Source: a virus. Taken from it: a stretch of 64,000 nt of DNA. Positions 57,467 through 64,000 of the stretch are shown piece by piece. The notes under the pieces were generated by a model that saw only the letters and a list, made by a program, of their open reading frames with translations, was not told the origin of the DNA and ran no database searches. The stretch lies in IMG/VR virus record IMGVR_UViG_3300020165_000009; one strand, given 5' to 3'. The position numbers and the translations under genes were made by a program. Each line of letters opens with the position of its first letter. Positions within the stretch are counted from its first letter, which is position 1.

Positions 57467-58351
57467 TTAGGACAAAATCTCCTCTAATCTATTCTTTTGA
57501 AAGAAGGCACTATACCACTTTGCTTCATGTTTGATTATTTGCTCAAACTTTAACTCCTTGCAAGTAGATAAAAAAGTCTCCCAATTAGTATTATAATTCT
57601 GACGTGCTAGCTGAGACCTTACGTACGCCACCTCATCCTTATCCGATGTAAGTGTTACTAATTGTACGTTTTTCTCGTAGAGTTCTTGCTCTTTATCAGT
57701 TAGTTTATATCTGCCAGCAAGGTAGTTACCTACCTTAACCTTACCCATGCCCTTAATGCCGGGTATATTATCGCTCTTATCTCCTGTAAGAGCTTTTACC
57801 TTTATGAAATCGGCGTGTGAGTACTTTAATACCTCCTTAAAGTTATCTTCTGTAATCTCGATCTTTTTAATAGGATCATACACAGACACCTTATTAGATA
57901 TTAGCTGACACAGGTCTTTGTCTACAGTAACGATAACGTGCTTGTAGTGTTGTCTAGTTTTATAAAATTGACTACGAGCCTCCTTGTCCATATACTGGTC
58001 AATTATTTTAATAACATCATCTGCCTCGTATCTCTGCGGAAAGATAGACGGTACACCCATACTGGTAAGGAGCTTTTTAATTATATCGTTCTTAGTATGA
58101 ACCACTTGATTGCGTTCCTGGTCTCTATTACCCTTATACTCCTTTAGTAATTCTTTTCGCTTATTAGGTAAGCCGTCAGGCTTTTCATCCCATGCACAGA
58201 AGACTTTATCAGGCTTAAACTGATCTACATAGCTACGGACGCTATTTAGAAACATATAAACATGCATATTATCAGCCTTATGCTTCATATTATCCGCTAC
58301 CCAATATACCCTATGTACTAGGTTATTGCCATCAATTGTCAGTATTTTCAT
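57467..58351 (-). CDS. rnh: RNase H / 5'-3' flap exonuclease
   Basis: IDGNNL, YKGNR, EADD, DKDLCQL, GDKSDNIPG. Confidence 0.9.
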   Translation of the reverse strand: MKILTIDGNNLVHRVYWVADNMKHKADNMHVYMFLNSVRSYVDQFKPDKVFCAWDEKPDGLPNKRKELLKEYKGNRDQERNQVVHTKNDIIKKLLTSMGVPSIFPQRYEADDVIKIIDQYMDKEARSQFYKTRQHYKHVIVTVDKDLCQLISNKVSVYDPIKKIEITEDNFKEVLKYSHADFIKVKALTGDKSDNIPGIKGMGKVKVGNYLAGRYKLTDKEQELYEKNVQLVTLTSDKDEVAYVRSQLARQNYNTNWETFLSTCKELKFEQIIKHEAKWYSAFFQKNRLEEILS

Positions 58352-58592
58352 TTTTCTTATATTGTGCTTGTATTACTTTATAAACATCTCCTGGAACGGT
58401 TTTCATCAACTGTAATATCTCCTTATGGACTCCATTATAGAAATCCTCATGAGGTACAGATATATTTGCCATATCAGGTATTCTAAGAAAATTATACGAC
58501 AGTTCCTCTTCCTTAATGAAGACGAACGATTGACCAGCGTAATCACCGTGATGACACGCGTATATCTCTTTCTCTTTCGGCTTATCGGTCAT
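58332..58592 (-). CDS. Hypothetical protein
   Basis: Packed ORF. Confidence 0.55.
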   Translation of the reverse strand: MTDKPKEKEIYACHHGDYAGQSFVFIKEEELSYNFLRIPDMANISVPHEDFYNGVHKEILQLMKTVPGDVYKVIQAQYKKNENTDN

Positions 58593-59556
58593 TACTAATA
58601 TAATAACCTATGTAGTCAGTTAATTCAACTACAAAGTCATTATATGTGCCTTGTTGCATGCCAATTTTCTTAGCCTTACTGCAATCGATGGCGTATCTAA
58701 AGTCATGACCCAGGCGATCCGCGACGAACTCTATATTATCGACAGGTTCTTTACCCATAATCTCACAGACTAGCTTAACAAGCTCTAAATTTGTTAACTC
58801 TACACCACTACCAATATTGTATACCCCGGCATCACCCTTAATAGCGACGTTCCAGACGGCTTCATTATGAGATGTAACGTGAATCCATTCCCGAACGTTA
58901 TTACCTTTACCATATACCGGAATCTTATTACCATTCTTTAAGGAGTCAATAATAGTCGGTATAAATTTCTCTTTATATTGATTAGGTCCGAAGTTATTAC
59001 AACAACGTGTTATCCCAATGTCTAAGCCATACGTCTTCATATATGATATACACATCAGGTCACTCGATGCCTTACTAGCAGCATAGGGAGAGCGTGGGGA
59101 TAACGGGGTCTCCTCAGTGAAGGCAGGGTCAGTTAGATCTAAGTGACCATACACCTCATCAGTAGATATATGAATGAATCTGCCATGACCTTTATTCCGG
59201 ACACGGTAACATTCTAGAAGATTCTGAGTACCTAATACATTCGATTCGACAAAAACAGTAGGTCCGGAAATGCTATTATCTACATGAGACTCAGCAGCAA
59301 AGTGAAAGATATAATCATATGGCTCATCTTCATCGAATCGCATCTCAAGCGCCGGTACATCCGTAATATCAATATCATAAGTCTCATCACAGTACGGGCT
59401 AGCATACTCTTTGTTTGACGCGTAACCGTTCTTGTCAATATTAACAATGTATACACTCTGCTGAAAAGTCTCACGTAGGTATTGTATAAAATTACCACCA
59501 ATAAACCCATAACCTCCTGTGACAAGTATTTTAGGTCTATTAATAGCCGTCGTCAT
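58582..59556 (-). CDS. rfbB: NDP-glucose 4,6-dehydratase
   Basis: TGGYGFIG, AAESHVDNSI, HISTDEVYG, SPYAASKA, DRLGHDFRY. Confidence 0.93.
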   Translation of the reverse strand: MTTAINRPKILVTGGYGFIGGNFIQYLRETFQQSVYIVNIDKNGYASNKEYASPYCDETYDIDITDVPALEMRFDEDEPYDYIFHFAAESHVDNSISGPTVFVESNVLGTQNLLECYRVRNKGHGRFIHISTDEVYGHLDLTDPAFTEETPLSPRSPYAASKASSDLMCISYMKTYGLDIGITRCCNNFGPNQYKEKFIPTIIDSLKNGNKIPVYGKGNNVREWIHVTSHNEAVWNVAIKGDAGVYNIGSGVELTNLELVKLVCEIMGKEPVDNIEFVADRLGHDFRYAIDCSKAKKIGMQQGTYNDFVVELTDYIGYYISNDR

Positions 59557-60061
59557 CGCGAATATTTGGGTTCTGCTTAATTGTTTGTTTTGTAATTAGG
59601 TCTTTAAATTTTGTAGTAGACCATTCATGTGACCGAGTAGTATATATAACTTCTGCTCTGAGCTCGCTACCTGTAAAATCTTTACCTAAATAATCTTCAC
59701 CTAATATACGAACATCGCAATCGAATGTCTTCATTAGCTCGTATAATTCTTCTTCCGTCTGGTACATATATACCTCATCAATATGCTTAATAGACATAAG
59801 CATTTTATAACGATCGTAATACGGTACGACAGGCTTATACTTTGTATTACGAGTAGCAGAAGGGTCGCCGTGTAGGAAGACAATAAACTTATCACAATGT
59901 CGCTTAGCTTCTTCAAACGTTGCAGTATAACCCGGGTGAATTATATCAAAGTTACCAGCTGTAAAGGCTGTAATGTCACCGGTCGGTTTGTATTTTTTGA
60001 TACGCTTATATACCTCACTTTTATGCTGGTCGATAAGTCGTTGTAATTGGTAATTATCCAT
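59540..60061 (-). CDS. Cytidylyl/adenylyltransferase (TagD/RfaE-II-like)
   Basis: AGNFDIIHPGY, LGEDY, RSHEWSTT. Confidence 0.8.
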   Translation of the reverse strand: MDNYQLQRLIDQHKSEVYKRIKKYKPTGDITAFTAGNFDIIHPGYTATFEEAKRHCDKFIVFLHGDPSATRNTKYKPVVPYYDRYKMLMSIKHIDEVYMYQTEEELYELMKTFDCDVRILGEDYLGKDFTGSELRAEVIYTTRSHEWSTTKFKDLITKQTIKQNPNIRDDDGY

Positions 60062-60073
60062 ATTTTTTTATGC

Positions 60074-60940
60074 TTATTTCTCTTCTTCTTGCAATATCTC
60101 TGTCATCGCCTGAAAGCTTTTTCGAATGTAATACTCTTCATCACCCCAATCAAAATCAAATACTAGTTTACTCTTATCGTTACTCAAGACGCAATTACTT
60201 CTACCACACTTCGTGTTTAAGTCTTCAAAATCCACAAACTCCCACTCTGGGTTAACTGTGAGTGGATATTCTTTAGATATCTCTATTACTTCTTTTGTAG
60301 TGAGTGCGTTACTATGAACCGCATTAAATATACCAGGTTCAAAATCATCGATAACAGTCTCAATAAACTCACACAGAACTGTTACATCTGTCTTACTGTT
60401 CCTATAATCAATCAGCTTACTATAGCCTTTTAGTTTATGTAACAGGTTTTTTGAATCTAGAGTACCTTCAATTGGCATTCTAATTCTAATGATGTTAGTA
60501 AAGTTGGTATCGAGGTTAAGTTCACCGGCATGCTTTGTCTTACTATAAAAACTAGAATCACTATCAAACATTCCGAAGTTAGGTTCATCATCTTCAGTAT
60601 ACTCTTTATCATACCCGGTGTAAATGCAGCCAGAACTAACATGAATTAGGTTCACTCTTTTAATCTTGCAAACCTCTTCAATATCTCGAGGTAGAATTGA
60701 ATTCTGAATAAAGCATTCTTCTTTTCGAACCTCACATTCATCAACATTAGGCTTACCGGTGAACCCTGCACAATTAACAACAGCATCAATAGCTGTCTTA
60801 TCTAAAAAATTAAAAAAGCGACTTTTATCGCCGTAGTCTAGCTCTTCTCTAGAGAAGTTGTATACTGTATGCTTCTCGCGAATCAAGTATTCAGTCAAGC
60901 GAGAGGCAATAAAGCCTTTTGATAGTACGAGTATATTCAT
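60074..60940 (-). CDS. NDP-4-keto-6-deoxyglucose 3,5-epimerase/4-reductase (NRS/ER-type RmlD-like SDR)
   Basis: CAGFTGKPNVDECE, SSGCIY, FYSKTK, RIRMPI, RSNCVL. Confidence 0.8.
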   Translation of the reverse strand: MNILVLSKGFIASRLTEYLIREKHTVYNFSREELDYGDKSRFFNFLDKTAIDAVVNCAGFTGKPNVDECEVRKEECFIQNSILPRDIEEVCKIKRVNLIHVSSGCIYTGYDKEYTEDDEPNFGMFDSDSSFYSKTKHAGELNLDTNFTNIIRIRMPIEGTLDSKNLLHKLKGYSKLIDYRNSKTDVTVLCEFIETVIDDFEPGIFNAVHSNALTTKEVIEISKEYPLTVNPEWEFVDFEDLNTKCGRSNCVLSNDKSKLVFDFDWGDEEYYIRKSFQAMTEILQEEEK

Positions 60941-60983
60941 ATAGGTATTTTATATGACAGACTCCGATAATCAACTATTCAAT

Positions 60984-61349
60984 CTAATCCATGTATGAAA
61001 CAATTGTGTGAAGGTATTGCTGCAGATACTGCCCTAGGGCATCGACCTCGAGTTGGTTTTTGGCATGTATTACCGGTTGAATCGGATTGCCATCCAGGTC
61101 GTACCCCATAATGATAAAGTTATTCATGAACTCAGAACACGTTGCCACCATTGCATCAAGATTATCCTTAACAGGTACACCCTCACTCCCTCTTGGAGTG
61201 ATATCCGTTAGCATACCAGATAACGCATCCCTTATGAGAGTTTCGATGTCCTGTTGATCGGATAGTGCGATAGATACGCTATCTACTTTATCAATCTTAT
61301 GCTTCAATGGCGCTCGTGACCTCTTTTTAGGGGTACCGTCTCGTTTCAT
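60984..61349 (-). CDS. Hypothetical protein
   Basis: Packed ORF. Confidence 0.55.
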   Translation of the reverse strand: MKRDGTPKKRSRAPLKHKIDKVDSVSIALSDQQDIETLIRDALSGMLTDITPRGSEGVPVKDNLDAMVATCSEFMNNFIIMGYDLDGNPIQPVIHAKNQLEVDALGQYLQQYLHTIVSYMD

Positions 61350-61357
61350 AAAAGTAC

Positions 61358-61720
61358 TTATACTTTTGCGAAACGATTTCCATCTGGATCATTAGATATA
61401 CCCTTCTGAATTAGATGAGATACTAAAACTTCAACACTTTCAGTTTGTATGTAAAAGCCTCGAGGAAAGTTAATTCCTCCATCATCAAACTCAAACATAA
61501 TTTCATTAATATTATCTTTATTATGATAACAGGTCAAGAATACAGAAGATCTACCTGGATCTATCAGTATCGTCCATCTACGGAAATCAACTTCACTGTA
61601 TGCATTGAACATTTTAAATACAACAAACCCGTTATCTTTAAGCCGCTTAATAACATAACCTGCTGTTTTTAGCTTATTACTGATGCGCTTAACTCGTACC
61701 TTCTCATGTCTATTAGCCAT
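61358..61720 (-). CDS. Hypothetical protein
   Basis: Directly after sliding clamp. Confidence 0.55.
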   Translation of the reverse strand: MANRHEKVRVKRISNKLKTAGYVIKRLKDNGFVVFKMFNAYSEVDFRRWTILIDPGRSSVFLTCYHNKDNINEIMFEFDDGGINFPRGFYIQTESVEVLVSHLIQKGISNDPDGNRFAKV

Positions 61721-61721
61721 A

Positions 61722-62459
61722 TTAATTAATTAGGGCTGAAATTACATAAATCAATGATGTATTACTCTTTTTCATATCGCAAACTATAACACCCATATCT
61801 TGATTAACCCTAAATTGAACTTCCCTACTATTGTTAAAGCTTATTAGTCGAAAGCTTTCGAAGTTAAGAGCTAAAGGTGTTGTAATCCCAGAGCCTTCAC
61901 AATCTTCACTCATAACACAAACAAAGTTATCTGTATTATGTCGGCTTCTATCACCTAACTCACCTACAATATTACCATCTTCAGTATATAGATATAGCTT
62001 AGACGTCTCAGTAGTAAACGAACTACCCTTAAATACTGTAGCTAGGCTACTCTCTTTTACGGAGAAGGTACTGCTAAACTCTAAATCATTAATTTTATTA
62101 ATATTAATATTAGGCTGCCTGATAATACCATCGTCGAGTAGATGGTATTTAAATTTAAAACCACTCTCATTATATGAGATGCTATTCTCGTTAATTTTAA
62201 TAGTAATATCTTCTTTAGGTATGATATCTAATACTCTATGCAACTTCTTAATATCTGGGATATTAAGTGTTACTGTTCCCTCTACATCGCTCTCAACTTC
62301 AATTGACGTCCTACATACAATAGTAGAGTCTTCTGATGCTACGATACAACTAATTTCATCCTTTGAAAGATGAACTACACACATATTATGTAGATTGGAA
62401 ATAGGTCCAATAAAGTTATTAACGAAGTCCTTTTTATTTTTTACTCTTAAATAAGCCAT
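61722..62459 (-). CDS. gp45: Sliding clamp (gp45/PCNA-like)
   Basis: Two-domain clamp pattern, 245 aa, C-terminal YVISAL; replication cluster. Confidence 0.75.
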   Translation of the reverse strand: MAYLRVKNKKDFVNNFIGPISNLHNMCVVHLSKDEISCIVASEDSTIVCRTSIEVESDVEGTVTLNIPDIKKLHRVLDIIPKEDITIKINENSISYNESGFKFKYHLLDDGIIRQPNININKINDLEFSSTFSVKESSLATVFKGSSFTTETSKLYLYTEDGNIVGELGDRSRHNTDNFVCVMSEDCEGSGITTPLALNFESFRLISFNNSREVQFRVNQDMGVIVCDMKKSNTSLIYVISALIN

Positions 62460-62476
62460 TTACAATTTTGATTATA

Positions 62477-63064
62477 CTATACCTTGGACGTCGTATCAAC
62501 GGCTTTTCTCGGCCTACCGGGAGATTTTTTTTTTGATGTCTTAATAAGACTATCAATTTTATCTTTTAATAGATCTATCTCTTTTCGCTGCGCTTTAACA
62601 CTATTAACAAGAGTGCGTACCATCGATAGTAATTCTTGTTTCTCGTCAACGTTGAAGTTGAACTCCAACTGATTAGTATCTACCGGAATGTCAGGTTCCA
62701 TTACATTAAGCACCGGGACAGCAGCAGGCTGAACCTGCTGCTGTTGTGGTACTACTGGTGGCGGGATATCTACCGGCGCGGTGGCATGTGTACGTTCAAG
62801 TACCTGTGCTACCTGCTGCTTTACCTTTGCAGAACTACCTTTACCGAGGGCGCCATGACCTTCAATTTGACCATCTAATTGATTAAGTGCACCATATTGC
62901 GCACCCATAAATTGAATTAATGCATTGCTCTTTTCTACGGGGCTTAATTCCTTAGTGTACGAAGCCGGTTGTGCCTCTTTATCATCCATTGGCAACGGAG
63001 CTGGCATCGGTATCTGTTCAGGCATCTGAGAGCTTACCTCAGGTAATGGTAGTTCTGGGTCCAT
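62477..63064 (-). CDS. Hypothetical Pro/Gln-rich coiled-coil protein
   Basis: Low-complexity N-terminal half, heptads, basic tail. Confidence 0.55.
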   Translation of the reverse strand: MDPELPLPEVSSQMPEQIPMPAPLPMDDKEAQPASYTKELSPVEKSNALIQFMGAQYGALNQLDGQIEGHGALGKGSSAKVKQQVAQVLERTHATAPVDIPPPVVPQQQQVQPAAVPVLNVMEPDIPVDTNQLEFNFNVDEKQELLSMVRTLVNSVKAQRKEIDLLKDKIDSLIKTSKKKSPGRPRKAVDTTSKV

Positions 63065-63079
63065 ATATTAGAGGTCTAA

Positions 63080-63949
63080 TTAGAGGTCTAAGCCTGCGAG
63101 TAGGTCTTTGATTTCAGCGTCGCTGTCATTAGCTGGTTGAGCAGGAGCTTCAGCCGGCGCAGCAGGTGTCGGCACACTTTCAACAGCAGGTACAGCATGA
63201 GTAGCTGCTGGTAATACACTCGGCTGTGAAGACTCTGCAGAGTCACCAGTACCAGCGATATGCTCATGCACCATCTGAACTAGCTCATCGTAACCCTTAA
63301 TAGTAAACACTTCATCTAGCTTATATAGATTACTCATCGCTGCTTCAGCTTTAGTATCATCCATACCAGGAATCTCAGATGGGAAACTAAATTTGGACGA
63401 CACATAGGTAGGATAATCGCCTTGCTTCTCTACAACGATCTTGAGGTTGCAGCCGTTAGGAGATACATCAAAGATCTTAGCACCAAGATCAGCTGCATCT
63501 TCACCTTCAATAGCGCTAGCAATAACTTTATGCAATTGCTTACCATAACGAAGGATCATTACCTTACCGTTATTATCAGGGTTAACAGGATCATTAACTA
63601 CATATGCGTTCGCCAGCCATTTTTCGGAACGATTAATCTTACTAGCCATGGCTTTTTCGTCGTCATTACCACGATAAAGCTTATAACGAGCTTCACCGAT
63701 AGGGTCTCGCTCACCAAAAGTCTGAGGCGAAATAGCATTTACATATTGACCGGTCGCAAAACTATTCCAGCCATGCTGGTAATAATGGAAGAAGGTCTTA
63801 CTAGCGTCACTAGCAAACGGTAATAGACGTACAGTATAGGTATTACCAGGCTCTGTACGTAAGATATTAGTAGGTCCGGAAGACTTCTCTTCAGTACTCG
63901 CAAGAGCGCCGCGGATAGATTCGAACATTGAATTTGATATATTTGTCAT
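63080..63949 (-). CDS. gp32: Single-stranded DNA-binding protein
   Basis: VRLLP, VVNDPVNPDNNGKV, YGKQL, GDYPTYVSSKF, acidic/hydrophobic tail. Confidence 0.92.
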   Translation of the reverse strand: MTNISNSMFESIRGALASTEEKSSGPTNILRTEPGNTYTVRLLPFASDASKTFFHYYQHGWNSFATGQYVNAISPQTFGERDPIGEARYKLYRGNDDEKAMASKINRSEKWLANAYVVNDPVNPDNNGKVMILRYGKQLHKVIASAIEGEDAADLGAKIFDVSPNGCNLKIVVEKQGDYPTYVSSKFSFPSEIPGMDDTKAEAAMSNLYKLDEVFTIKGYDELVQMVHEHIAGTGDSAESSQPSVLPAATHAVPAVESVPTPAAPAEAPAQPANDSDAEIKDLLAGLDL

Positions 63950-63955
63950 AATTTA

Positions 63956-63971
63956 ATTATAGTTTAGTTCC
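63956..63971 (-). promoter_or_regulatory. GGAAC-N5-TATAAT promoter of gp32
   Basis: GGAACTAAACTATAAT, ATG 7 nt downstream. Confidence 0.7.
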
Positions 63972-64000
63972 TTTTTGTTTTTACGAATTTTTTAATATTT

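Noticed and set aside
31723-63823. Long antisense ORFs (e.g. 31723, 41227, 53262, 61831, 63422)
   Set aside because: Shadow frames of well-supported genes on the other strand; no motifs or promoters
1-64000. Complete DGR cassette (RT, Avd, template repeat)
   Set aside because: No ORF with RT motifs and no AAC-rich copy of the VR seen on either strand by eye; the AAC-rich leaders at 3450 and 9246 are unrelated to the VR
1-64000. Stop-codon recoding
   Set aside because: Core genes are full length in the standard code, several genes end in TAG, and no suppressor tRNA is present

Overview
64 kb of an AT-rich, T4-like (contractile-tailed, large) bacteriophage genome in the standard genetic code, with no CRISPR, rRNA, integrase or transposase visible. 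1-9.5 kb is a minus-strand accessory region: small hypothetical ORFs, three tRNAs (Leu-TAA, Arg-TCT, Tyr-GTA), a holin-like gene, a TraR/DksA zinc-finger gene, a DUF932 gene and a truncated RadA/Sms. 9.5-34 kb is a tail-fibre, receptor-binding and baseplate cluster with a GT9-like glycosyltransferase embedded on the opposite strand. 34-56 kb holds clamp loader, dUTPase, baseplate/tail genes, terminase, neck and probable internal head proteins. 56-64 kb holds primase, RNase H, a nucleotide-sugar cassette (RmlB, cytidylyltransferase, NRS/ER-type epimerase-reductase), sliding clamp and gp32. Main signals: (1) a tail-cluster protein with two FGE/C-type-lectin domains, the second carrying a 67% GC, NNC-codon patch typical of a diversity-generating-retroelement variable region, with no RT or template repeat in the window, so it may be diversified in trans; (2) a candidate virion-glycosylation system, combining rhamnose synthesis genes, a glycosyltransferase and an L-S-[A/G/S] tripeptide enriched in virion proteins; (3) two fixed-spacing promoter grammars (GGAAC-N5-TATAAT and TAAATA-N5-ATG) that imply largely leaderless mRNAs and expose hidden small or nested genes. 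All family calls come from motifs recognised by eye; no database searches were run.
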